A DNA stretch of 64,000 nucleotides, taken from positions 14,694,001 to 14,758,000 of the forward strand of contig CM120646.1 of NCBI GenBank assembly GCA_051362555.1, given 5' to 3'. Position numbers and translations under genes: made by a program. Of the stretch, positions 12,891 through 26,200 are shown piece by piece. Each line of letters opens with the position of its first letter. Position 1 is the first letter of the stretch. The DNA comes from Lingula anatina. Its lineage: Eukaryota; Animalia; Brachiopoda. Under the pieces are notes generated by a model. It was not told the DNA's origin. It saw only the letters and a list, made by a program, of their open reading frames with translations, and ran no database searches.

Positions 12891-14173
12891 AAAGACAGAA
12901 GTTCTGTACAAACCCACTAGTTGCCATATGTCAGTTTATATTTGATGACGTCTAAGCTAGCGTGGCATGTATGAACTTTTTCTTTGACACAAGTATATTT
13001 TATTTTTTTAAGCATAAAATTCCCGTTGTATCTCAAACGTTTGGCAAATTAAAGCTTCGGGGACGAAAGCGTGCATTGCTGCCTGTACAACTAAAATTCC
13101 AATTAAGGATTATTATCCAATTAAGGATTAGCACTTAAGGATCTCTCGTCGTGCTATTACAACCACCAGTAAATATTAATTAACAAACGCTGGCCCCTTG
13201 ATTCGAGGAAGACTTTCTGTCAGCAACTAGTGTTTAATATGCAATGTTTCCGGAATATCGCTGTAATAATAATCAAAGAAACATTGATTAGCTGACCATA
13301 TGCAATGATTTTCAAGTAACAGAAATGCATGGACAATTGAATTCTTGAGTAATGCATAGGAAGAGGTAACAAATCTGAACAGGGCGAAAGAGCACGTATA
13401 CATTTGTGCCGCAGTTACTGGTCTTCGCATTTTCTGTTCAAGTCAAATTAAGTCCCATAGAACTGAAGTGTGGCATAATTTCTCGTCTTAAAGCCCGGGG
13501 GTGAGGGTGGGGGTGGGGGTGGGGGTGCAAGCTGTGTGGATCGAGGCGGCTCGAGGATATGGGGAATAGGTAGACGATTCTGTTTGCCTGGGAATGGTTA
13601 AAGGAAATATCTGTTGACCAATTCAGCACGGCACAAGTGAATATGTGCGGATAGGCTGGTCAGGCCTTAGCACTGGTCGTTTCCGTTAGACTACAACAAC
13701 TGAGGACTGAATCCTCTATCATGATTATAAAGTTTTCGTTTGTGTGAATTGTAACAAGTATTAAAAGCAAATATGCAATGTCGCGTTGGAATCGCTCATC
13801 AATGAAGCTAGAATGTATCTATTAGCAACGGATTCTAACGTGTCATGTGAATGAATCACTGTTTAACTAACTGAAAAAAATATCATTTTGGAAAATAGGG
13901 ATTTTATTCTTAAATAAACACATGATCACAAAGGACGAGCAGAAAAAAAATAAGGGAGTATGGAGTTTTTATGAAGTAGTTTGAACGAACATCGTGTATC
14001 ATACAAATACGTAAAACTTTTGCTAATTGACAAAGAGGCCATCTCATCTTTCAGTGTCCTACCACAGCTAATTAGCACTTTACCAATATCACTCAAAATT
14101 TGTAGTGTTTAACCTTTAAAACTTCAAAATTTACCCAAACATGCTCTATACACATGTTTCTGACCAGGTCCGC

Positions 14174-14209
14174 TTACGTCATGAGTTGTGACGTAATCCA
14201 GACTATAAA
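14174..14209 (+). promoter_or_regulatory. Paired CRE/ATF-like sites followed by TATAAA
   Basis: TTACGTCA-N7-TGACGTAA (inverted pair) then TATAAA at 14204-14209, ~1.9 kb upstream of the neuropeptide ORF. Motif match only. Confidence 0.25.
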
Positions 14210-16070
14210 CAGGACTGCACAACCTGGATAAGAGGCTGTTGTTGATGAAAACGCGGAGAAGTGAGAAGTGAGAAGTAGCAAGAATACTAGATATCCGCAC
14301 AGCAAAAAGTGAGTTAAACTTTTCCAAGGGTGGCTTTTCAGGGCTAACAGGATCGTTGGTGGGGTATAAGCTTGTGTTACGTAGCGGATGATTTTAATCT
14401 AACTTTCTGATATACTCCATGTAGTAAGATGCGTTTTTTTGCCCTTGGTCGTTTTTATTCTGCCTTCGAGTCGTAGATTGATTGTCACAAAAGATAGCTA
14501 ATCATTTTATTTTATCTAGTGTAGTGTACTAAATAATAAAGTACATTGTTTTAACATTTATTTTATCAAGTATTCCTTTCTCACGCTCCCCGAGACCCTG
14601 GATACTAATAACTTTGGCAGGATTTCGTAACTCCGATAATTATCGAGCGTAGAGTGCTGTAATATTGAATGTGTCATTATTCTTTTCTCCGTATAGAGGA
14701 TAGATAATTAAGATTATACTTTTTTCTTTGTTTCATTTTTCTGTGGTAATTCCTCAATCAGATGAGGGTTGTCTTAGTGAAATTCAGCAGGCTACTGCTT
14801 GGTACTCAATGTTGTCATTGCAGGGTTGTCTGTTAAGATGAAAATTAATTTTTAAGTGTTGTCCTTAGTCATGGTATTTTAATTTAGATCCTTCAACGTA
14901 ACTGTAGATTTGTCATCAGCTAGCGGTCAGCCAGTGCCAAATAATTCTTTTGGCAATCTTGCAAACATTAGATTTTGAAGTAATTATTCATCGCTTCCTT
15001 TTTCTTAGAATAAGGCTGACGTAACGCGATTTCCCACGTTACCTCTTCATTAAAATTTGTCACTGAAATGCACTAATTAACGAAAGGCACATTGTAGTAT
15101 CCTGAACAACAATTGGTTATTCTGCTTTCACAGAGGGGGGTAAAAATGCTCCGATCTGTGTTTTTTAATTCCAAGAAACCTTTCGCTTTATAATTAAATG
15201 GAATCTCAATAATACTGTGTTCTTGCAAGTGTCTGTCATTGCCTTTTGTGGAGACATAAACTAGTTCGATACTTTGAATAATGTTATTCCATAAAATAAA
15301 CAGAAAATATCGGAGAGCAAAATAGCAAAAGCTTAATTTCATTAAAGAAATGGCATTTTGAAATAAAAATGCAATAACAAAATAGATACCAACCTGCTAT
15401 TTATAGCCGATATTATTCATTGAGGTTACTGTAGCACGTGTTTTAGAAAAAAAAAATGTATAAAGGTATTGTACCAACTTTGTGAACAGTGCGCTATGTG
15501 ACACGGAGGTCGGCTCTTTCTTAAAAAGTGATTCATAGTTTATTGGTCGTGGTGAATTGTCATCCATGTGCACTATAAATGGTGCTATCAAAGGTTTATC
15601 GCTCTTCTGGCTGTGACGTTGCTACAGGTACCATGGTGAAGGTACGGGAGCTCACAAAATACGACAGAAAATAAACTGTTACTCTGAGGGAAAAGGGTAT
15701 AGATGTCTCGAAATTGCCACCAGATATGGTGTGTCTGGTCAGACTTTATGCAGGGTGTGTAAAAGGATAGAGGACACTGGTGGAACAACAATAGATATCC
15801 TATAATCTACAATGAGTTTAATACTTCAGGTCCGATAAACCAACAAAACATTGAAGAAAAAGGAACAAGCCATACACCAAAATCATTTTATAACTGTAAT
15901 GTTAGCATTAGCACTATCAAAATCAGCAGGTAAGGTAATTAAAAAGCTCTTTGTCCTTAATTTGAAGACCGCTAACGTTCGGGTAACCTACTATTCTATA
16001 ATCCTGTTCTTTTTTCCTTTTTTTTCAGGTGTGAGCCCGTGTTAAATAGTATCTTATACAAGAGATCAGC

Positions 16071-16415
16071 ATGTGCTGCCGGTTCATCTTCATTGTCGCT
16101 CTGCTTTTCGACATCTCACTGCTGATCAGTGGAGGCGCCCTCTTTGGCGCTAGAAACCCCAAATTGCCGCCTATTCTCTTTGGTCGCCGTTCCCAAGCTC
16201 CAACGCAGGGACAGAGTCAGGTTCCTCGTGCCGACACTACCGACAAATGCGTCCTTAAACACGCTTCCCTTATCCCTTACTACATCGCTTGCTTGGCTGA
16301 CAAGGGCCAGATTGCAAAGGAAGATAAAGTTTTGTTGTCCAGATTTCTGCGCCAACATTTGACCGGGGAACGCAACGCTGATGGTGTGGGTTACAAGGCG
16401 AATCTCGCTATATAG
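16071..16415 (+). CDS. Neuropeptide precursor (amidated NPKLPPILF-amide; SIFamide/FFamide-like), 114 aa
   Basis: Hydrophobic signal peptide, then ...GARNPKLPPILF-G-RR (amidation Gly plus dibasic site), then a propeptide with two Cys. A 5'UTR intron (donor G|gtaagg ~15930, acceptor ttttcag 16028) supports a real transcript. Confidence 0.7.
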   Translation: MCCRFIFIVALLFDISLLISGGALFGARNPKLPPILFGRRSQAPTQGQSQVPRADTTDKCVLKHASLIPYYIACLADKGQIAKEDKVLLSRFLRQHLTGERNADGVGYKANLAI

Positions 16416-16915
16416 AAAATCCCGACGAGACGACCAATCATTGGCGTATATTAACGTTATATTAACTTGCGTATGGCACATACAATCATTTTCAAAATTT
16501 AAGAAATTAAGTGCGTGCAAAGCAATGCTAACACTGGATATCTCTTTACATGATTCTAAGCTGCATTTATTAACAGTAGAAGTCTGACGGCTCAGCTTTA
16601 TAACAATACGAAAATACTATATCATTACTGTGATGTTACTATTCTAATCAATCCCAACGCTGAGTACGGCGTTCAGCTGAATGAGCAGCATCCAATTAAG
16701 CCAATACACGGTTGTTGACACTGTATTAACTGTACATTAAGACTAGAAAATGTGCGAGAATTTGCGTGAGGTATGGGATTAAGGTTTTAGCGATAATGGT
16801 GAAATTCTACGCGTCGGGAATGCCTTCTTAGACTGCATTCAGAGTCACATATAGTAATTATAGCTGGGTCTTTTGCAAGCAAAAGTTGTAGCTGTTTTGA
16901 TTGCACAGTTTAAAC

Positions 16916-16920
<5 letters not shown>

Positions 16921-16973
<53 letters not shown>

Positions 16974-17249
16974 GAGACCTGAAACTTTACCTTAAATGCA
17001 ATGTTTCTATTGCATAGTATCACATATTTGTTTTGACAATCAACGGCTAAAAGAATAAAGATTGTTGTCCAATATTTTAGTGTGTGTCAAGAGACGTACA
17101 TGTAATTCAGGCAATGAAAGCAGTGTACATAGCGCGTCGGCAAGGAAATAAATTAGCTGCTTTGAAAGCATTCCGTTTTTATATTTAGTGCTATGCATGA
17201 ACAATTTAATTTTCAAGAGTGTAACAACTAAATGACCATTACTTTCTGT

Positions 17250-17317
<68 letters not shown>
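16921..17317. repeat. Two (TA)n microsatellites (16921-16971, 17253-17317)
   Basis: Direct reading of the sequence. Confidence 0.95.
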
Positions 17318-17320
<3 letters not shown>

Positions 17321-17753
17321 CTAACAAGAACGCTATATAGCCCAGTCTTGTTTGTTGTCTAAAAGACTAGTGCACATATCTACCTAATGTCTTAAATTCT
17401 GATTTAACAACTTTTCTTTTTAACAAAGTAACGACAGTGGTAAGATTGACTGGTGGGTAATTTCTACATAAGCTCAACTTTACAATAATTCAAGCCGTAT
17501 ATTGTTTTGTATATGCATGAAGGAATACTCGAGATTGATGTCACCCTTATTGTAGAGAGCAGTAATTGACGGGAAGCATAAAAAACTAATTTAAAGAGAT
17601 GACTTGAGAACAGTATTGTTTCCCCAGATTGCGCAAATAATGAATTCTGTAAAACGCACTAATATAACCAGAACCCGATTGGTGACTTTCGGCAAATATC
17701 CAAACTAAAGGGTATCAACATATAAAAGTTTTCTATGATAGAAAATCTATTCC

Positions 17754-20700
17754 TTACTGTCTACGTTGCGCAGGAACATGGCAGATATAAAATGCAACGT
17801 AGTCGCACCGAACATTGGTGTACATAAACGCTTTAGGGCCGTTTATCACCACACAATCCGCGCTGTCTCCCTGGGATCCGGTCAGCGGATGGCCTGGCAA
17901 CCATTCCGTGAACACGCTGCCCGATGACGTCACATTGCCGTAGCGGAAGGTGCCTTCAGTTTCCATGTCGTTCACGCCTGAAACATGATTATCGGTGTAC
18001 AAAGATGGCGTACTGTGTAAAGGTCAAAATTGATCCTTGGCATAATGTAATGCAAGACGTGTAACACGTGAATATCAAGATTAAAATGTAACTTTTCACA
18101 GTGAAAACGTGTAAATACTAGAAGTGTATGACCCAAGGTTTCATTAACTATTAATCAAGACCAATTAAGAAAAAACGCTTGTTTAACCAATAAAGTGGAT
18201 ACAAATTACGGTCACCCACCCGCCCACTAAAATAGAATATGTTCATACTTATATGGTATTCTTTCTTCTTATCCAATGCTGTTACCAGCGCTTTGTATTC
18301 TGACTTCCGTTCAATAGTTGGTAAAACGCCACTAAGGTTTTTGCACCTGTCGATAGCCTGCTGATGATTTGCTGTTGAACTTGATATGACGTAACATCCG
18401 GAACCTATCTTGTTGTAACCAGGGGGGCATTCCCTCCCTTTTAAAATAAAACTTGGTGTGAAGAACATCTTCAGTGAAACGAGCTTTCTTTAACTAAAAA
18501 AAGTTGTAATAGCATGGCTTTCATTTAATGAAAAAAGTTGTCACATGTTTTAATAGCATGGCTCTTATCAAATAAAGATGTTTTGAAAACATTGTTTAGT
18601 AAATTCTTTTTACGAGAATCACAACCGTTGTTGTTTTTTAAGAAAATTTGTTTGAAAACACTCGGTGGAAACCTCTTGGAGAGTCCTATTGCACCAGTAC
18701 TTGTTATTAGAACGTTTGCAAGGTGTGCACTTATTTCATTTTGGTACCTTCCAAATTAAACAACCATACATGCATGTTGTTCTTGGCAAAAAAAAAAAAA
18801 ATGCGCAAAATGCACAATTTAGAATATTCATCATTTGAAACTCTCTCACATGGAAACTATAATTAACTAAAATAAAAAGAAAAATGTAAAACTGTAAGTA
18901 AGGACAGGAAGATTAAAAAGCTATACAAGGGAATATGACTCACATTGGCACTGGTAGGAGCCGTTACTGTTCAAACACGTGTCGTAACCGCTGCAAGGAT
19001 TGCTGAGGCATTCGTTGATATCTGTAAAGCAAGTTACAATATTATAATATTTCACAATTATCTTCCTTTAAAAACAGTTTGACTTGCGAGAAAATGGTGA
19101 CAATTAACGCAATACAGTGTTGTTTTTTATGTACATGTATGCCCTTTGACGTGATATGCAATTGTGATGAAAGAATTATCCCCGAAGGTACTCTATAAAT
19201 TCATAGGTGGTACTATCTCTCACCATGGCAACCCCCCGTGATGTTGTCTCGCTCAAAGCCAGAACCACAGTCACAGCGCCAGCCGTTCTTGTCACAACTA
19301 CAGGGTTGGCCAGAACACTTATTGCAGTCTGGGGTCGCTGCAAGAATAAAAAAAAAAAATTTTTCATAGTGAAAGAATAATGTATATATGCCAATATCTA
19401 CGTTTGTTTGTTATCAACTGTCAATTCTTATTACATGTACATTTTTATTTGTAAAAAAAAATGCGTTCAAACTAATGCATGCCTTCAACATCTAAATTAC
19501 CTCAAGTGACAGTTGACGCCTCGGACCGTTTATGTTTACGTTGTCATTTGCCTTACCCAAAATATTTAAATCTATGACAAAAAACGTTTACGATTAAGCG
19601 GCTTCCAGGAGGACTCGCTGAAAGATGTGTCGCACATCTCAAAGCACCAGTTGGCAGGGTTACGATCACCATCCTCGTAGCAATAACCGTTAATTAGGCA
19701 CGTTCCACGCTACAAAAATACAACGTACTTTGATAAACTGTACATGTACAATTGTAGCACATCTCAAAAAGTTTGAAAGCCATTTGTCACTATTGTAATT
19801 GCAATAATTATCAAACTTATTCTTTTCATCGTGAACGAAAGTGACTGAGGTATATTGGAATTATGGAAACAAGCACTGTATTACATGTATATTAGGGCCT
19901 ACTACAGTACGAGTGCACATTAATAAGTAATGAATAATACATGATTAAGCGATAGGCCCTACAGTATGGAGAAAAGGGTGGGTACTTAAATGACATTTGT
20001 GACATTGTAAAAGCACTATGAATGTTGTTAGTTGCCATGATTTGCCAACACTGTATAATATCAAGGGTGTCTGCAAAAATATATTTACGTTGCACTAGGG
20101 AAAATATAATTTCTCTTAACTGTAGTAAATATGCTGTACCTACAAAAACTTACCTTTTTCGTGCACTGTCCAAAAGGTTTACAATCTACACATGCTGAGT
20201 CAAATAACGTGACAAAACTTTCGTTTTTCCCAAACTTCACACCATCATTGCTGATGGACAGGAGAAAGCCTTGCGCAGGCGTACCAGCTGTTCCGGTGTT
20301 AGTCACAGGCGGTATGATTGGATCACGTGGTAGGTGACAAGTGACTTCAGAGAAACTAACGAATTCGGCCACAGCATGTCCCGTAGTTGCTGGCAGAATT
20401 GTGTAGGTCTCCGTGCTTATATCGATCTGAAGGTTTTGAGAAGGATAAACGTACCCGGTATATTGTTAAGAAAAGTTGCTATTGTAATTGTTTATCATAT
20501 TCATTTACACATAGTGCACATGTGTAGGCCTAAATGAATATGGTGTACATGTATATGCAAAAATTCTGCCGGATCATTAAAAGAAAACAGTACACAGTAT
20601 GCAAGATCGGGAACAATTAATTTACAAATATGGATAACAGATTCCTAATTTAAAGCAAATCAAGACATTTATGTACCTGAGCTTTTGTTACCCGACAGGA

Positions 20701-23191
20701 GAGGCGATCACTGCGAGTGACTGGTGTCGCAGGATCAACCAGAACTCGGAACTTGAGGCATGGACGCGTTTGGACGTCACACAGACCGGCATTCTGCACC
20801 TCAGTAATCTCCGGAGAAATGTTCGAGTTCACGGAGCAGTCTGCCGACATAAAGCCCGCTTCACAAATACAGTTTCCGTCCACACATTTGCCTTTTTGAC
20901 TACACTCTCGAGGACACGCATTGGTTTTGATTTTCTCCGTTAACTCGGCGATATTCAAATGTGGAATTTGTGTTGCAGTTGTTGTTGTTGTCGGTCCAAG
21001 GGAGTCTACGTCTTTATCCTCCGGGAGAACTTCTTTGACTGCAGTTGCAATGCATGTGTCCACCATCTCTGTGACAGCCTCGTTTGCAAATCCCATGTCG
21101 TCAGCGACCTGTAAGGCCCAGCAATAGAATTACCGAAGTGTATTTCATATTTTATCTAAATTTAATTGAATTCGACTTTAAACAATGCATTTGTAAAACC
21201 AGCAATGAATCTGAATTAAAACCTATTCAAATGCATAAGACTTGTGCATTTAAATTTTTTTCAAGGAATATCGTTTTCCGTAGAATGGCCCTTTTACATG
21301 GAGAGGCATATCGGCATTGAAATACTTACGGAGTTGACAGCTTTTGGGTATCAAAATAATTATGGCTATTACTTAAAAAGAGTCACACACATAACTGGAA
21401 TGTCTGCGCTCGGCAGGGCTATAGTTAACCGTGTGACAGGAATGGTACATGTAGTCCGCTAGGAACCGCTAGGAACCCCAATACTCCGACAAACCTTAAC
21501 CTGCACTGATTAAATGGGACCCCGGACTTCCATTCCTAGGATTACTATTCCTGTCACACCAGATTCATGTTGTTACATCACCATCTAGACCTTCCGCCCA
21601 CACGGCTATACGGATATTTGTGAATGGCGTAAAATACCACAAAACATGTTAGGGCCAAATATTTCTATACCGATGCAGTTTATGTGCCACAAATCCGACT
21701 CTCACCAAGATGTCGTCAATGCACTTTGGAACATTTTCAAACGGATCGAATCCCGGGACCTCTTGGCACAGGTTCACCACCGATGAATTTGCAAGGGTGT
21801 CGCGACACAGCTGCGCGGCCTGGGTCTGGGTGATTCCGCTGGGTGTGGGCCAAGTTAGGTTAACTACGGGCTTGGAGTAGTCTTCCTTGAACGTGAACAC
21901 ATACGGTTGGTAGTCGCTAGCTTCATCCGTATATGACGCTTCCGGAATATCACGCCTTTTCCTTCGGCCAAGGTTTCGATATTCCACCACTTGTCTTGGC
22001 ACTACACTTTCTAAATTTTTTTTGCTGATAATGTCTGGTTGTGTCACACGTTTGTCAAAGTCACACTTAAGGTATGTCGCGTCTGCGACCACAGAGTCGT
22101 TCTTATGGCAGTGGCAATACAAAGGTTCTTGTGACTGTTCTTTATATTTTGGGCTTTTGTTGAAGTAGTTTGTTTCAGGTTTGACTCTGAAAAGATTTTG
22201 TGAACAAAAATAATAATAATAAATGCCAACAATAACATATTATCTCATTTTGTAAAATACATGCTAACCATTAAATATGTAAATATTGTTACTGCACAGA
22301 GTCCAGTCTTTTCAAAAGTTGTAATACACGATGAACGCAAGAATATTATATTACAATTCATTATATTTATATAATGAATCATATTTATATTGTTATATCA
22401 TAATGATGTTTTACCACATGCAACGCTGTCCACTTTAAACAACATTGACCGATGCTTAGAATGTAAAGCGTTCAATCTAAACAACCAGTTACAAAACACT
22501 GATTTAATAGTGTTATAATGGCAAACGTCACCTGATGTACAATAATGTAGACACAAGCAATTACCTCCATCTCTGATGCCAACTGGACTCGCTTCTGTCG
22601 ATCTCTCCTCTCTCGTCGTTACGATTTCCGTTATTGTTCCCACACAGTCCTTCCATTCTGCCCCTGTCATCACTGGGGACATGCACGTACAGGTTTAAAC
22701 CGAAATAACGGATATCAACGATGACATAGGCGCCAGAAGGAAAGTTGATCTGCAAAAGTCATTATTTGAATGATCTCCTAATTATTTAATAATGGCTTCA
22801 ATAAAAGACAATCGTATACAATAAGTTAGCGCAGGGCGATTCTAGTAGTTTCATTGCTAATGTCGATATTTTAAGTAAGGTGTAAAGTCATCATCTAGAA
22901 TTATCATTTCTGACTTATATATACATACGATGTATGTATATACATACGATGTATTTCCTTCCATTTTGGTCGCTTTTGATGTGAGCGCCATCTGCCGGTG
23001 GTTCGTCGTTGGCTGACCGTCGCAAAATGCGTGGAACTACAGCCCGACGTTGACGCACGTTGTGACAGACATCCAAGATGTATACGTCATTGTTCTCACG
23101 GGCTGCAACGGCGCAGTTACACGTTTGGGAGCTGCGACATTTCCAGTGCCGTACCTGGACCTTTGCGCAAAAAAAAAAAAAAAAAAAAAAA

Positions 23192-23224
<33 letters not shown>

Positions 23225-23225
23225 G

Positions 23226-23271
<46 letters not shown>

Positions 23272-26200
23272 AACGAAATGTATGAAACTCCACAGTTGTA
23301 TCTTTGTATCTTATGTCAACATTAGTGCAGCTGGTCACAAACTCTGTTTGGTTTACATGGTATTTCGATTTTATTGCATTGGTTAAAGGTACAATAGATA
23401 ACATAATAACTTAACGGAAGGACCGAGTCACAGTTTTGTGACGTTGCATATGTACGTGTCAATTTCTTTCTATTCATACATGTTGGAACCAAAATCTATT
23501 TCATCTTCGTAGTCAGTCAATTCTCCCAGCTTCGGGTCTTATGAATCCGTTAGGCGACCTTGCCCAAAGTCAAAAACTGTATTACATTCTACGACGAACT
23601 TAACAATTTTCTCTTTATTTAACCTGCTTTGCAATTAAGGAAACGTATAGATATATACCTCAAAATCCCTTGTCTGGCTTTTTGCAAGAACAAACTCCCC
23701 TGCTCGCTGGCTGAAGTACGAACTGAAAAAAAGGTCTTCCTTTGGTTTTTCCATGCACATAAAGTTCCATGCACATAAAGGCATACATACCACATTATCG
23801 TACAGCTGATATGTTGTTTTCAGACATCAAATCACAGTGAAGTTAACGTTTGACCCAAATCACTTAATAAAAGAATGTCTATATAAAGCGCTACCCAGAA
23901 AACACAGAACGTGATTATGACGTTATCACAACGTTTATAAAACCGAAAAACGTTAAGGCTACGTTATGCTAACGCTAGAAAACGTTGTGTGTTTGCTGGG
24001 AAATAACGGATATAAATGATATGTCTATGCCGCATGCTGCTATCTGATACTCACTATCTATCAAACGTTTCTATACGAGGGTCATTGTAAGATCGGCACT
24101 CGCTGTCGGCGACGTCAGTCGTATAAATCTGAATTGAAACTAGAAATTCACACAAAATCCTGCTGGCTTATTATGTAAAGCGCTATAATACCAAAAGACC
24201 AAACGCCTATTCCATATAAAGACACTCGTTATAGATTAGATATTTAGGTATGTCGCCATTTTTGAAAACGTTGACTGTGTTAATTGTATCTAAAAATGTT
24301 ATTGTTATATACGAAATATAAATGAGTAGAATGATACAGCATTTGGAGAAAAAGCATTCACTTAAACATACCGGAATTTCCTCCATTTGATAGCCATGCC
24401 ATATACTTCGTGCTGGTGCTGGTGGAAATCCTTGAAATGTGTTTATTGGTCGGAATTGTAAAAGGCGTGAAACACTGTCCCTGGCACCGTCGTTTCTACC
24501 GTCTCGCTGCGCCAACATCTTCAGCGTGGACGAGGCATACGCGCGTTTGAGCTTATCATCCCATGAGTCCTCGGTGAAGGAAACAGCACATTTGAAACTC
24601 TAAAATGAAAGCAAGGAGAAAATGTTGACATCAGTGATTTGGTAGGTATATGAAATGTCACTATGACAGATATTTGTGTTCCATCAACATGATTGCGACA
24701 GCTGTAAAGGACTTACTATAAGATTATTTTAATATACACTATAGGACAGACTTAACTGACTTCATGAAAATTGTGTGTGCGAAACTAGGGAAGAACGTTA
24801 CAGAAGAAGATGTTTCAAGAGATTACGTGACGGACCAAAGTGTCAAAAAGTGCCCAAATTAAAAGATATCGGGACTGTTATCAATCCATGGTTGACTGGT
24901 TAAAGTGGACAATATAAACAAACATATCACAGGGGCGGATCCAGGATTATTTGAAAGGGGTCCGTTGATGCAAAGCCACGGGGTTCTGGGCCTGCTAAAG
25001 GGCCCCGAAAAATTTTGATATTTGAGTTTGACATTTAGTACGGTTAAGAACTATGATTTTCTAATTTTAACAGGTGACCAGAAATCGAAGGGGGTTCAGG
25101 ACCTTCTGACCCCCCTCTAAATCCGCCACTGTATCATATGTAGCATATTTGACAAAATATCTTATTTGTGACGTCATTACCTTAGGACTCCCATCGTATA
25201 TTACACTGTCCAAGATAGTAGTCTCGACCTTCAATTCAAGAGGTTGGACATACGTTTTGCCGTCTTCGTACTTGTGGCTCGTGTGTGTGTTGACTGCAAT
25301 AGGGATGGTTGAGTAAACCTGAATCTCATATTGCGGACTATTTTCTGCTAGCACAATTCTTTTTGGTGTGGTTCCACTCGTCTTTTCCACAACCTATATG
25401 TCATTAACAAATTAAAAAGTGGTAAATAAATTTCTTCCGGATGTTGGAGTATACAATGTAGATTCTATAAATCAACCACGGCTTGTACATTTAAGCTTGT
25501 GTATTTACTTTTCTATAACTTCTTATGACATCAGAATAGAATGACAGCATCAAATATTATTTTCAAAATGGTAAGTGGAATGTCACTCAAAAATAGAGAC
25601 AATTGATGTTAAAGCTGTAATCTGGATTTAAATGTGTTTTTTCAAATCAAAATGAACGTTTAAATACAAAGTTGAGCAAATGAAATAGGTTTTAAAATAT
25701 ATTTAGGAAAGCACTAAGGAATTTCACCTTGATACCGGCATAATAATTATTCGTGGCGTGTGCTGATGCCGTTGGAAGGTGGTTATAGTTGACCCAGAAA
25801 GCCGATGCATTGCAGGAGAGCTGGAAATATAAAGTGGTAACTGGGTTGTTATTGGTTTTAACAAGGCGTATCAACGACATATAAGACATATGCTTGTCAC
25901 TAATACTATAAGTCAGCGAAATTCATGCAGGAAACCATTGTGTGGCAAATATCATTTGGCCTTACTTTTGACAGAATACAGTTTAAACAGAAAAAAATTC
26001 ATTCGACATGTTTCTTTTTCCAACATACTGCAGTGCTCAGACCACAATGGTATTGAAATATCAATAACTTTGAATGGAATTGTACAGTACTAGCCGAGTT
26101 GGAGTACCCATCTTTAAATCGAAATTTGAAACTTGAGAGGCAATTTTTGAGCTTATCTAATATAAATTCAGAGGTACAATATGTATATCTCACAAACATG

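Noticed and set aside
22919-22955. Duplicated ATACATACGATGTAT at a VWDE donor as an alternative 5' splice site
   Set aside because: The second copy lies 19 nt into the intron and would shift the frame; most likely a neutral micro-duplication.
22998-23404. Poly-Tyr/Ile/Asn/Lys ORFs
   Set aside because: Products of the poly(A)+(AAT)n tract; the real exon is 23160-22948 on the minus strand.
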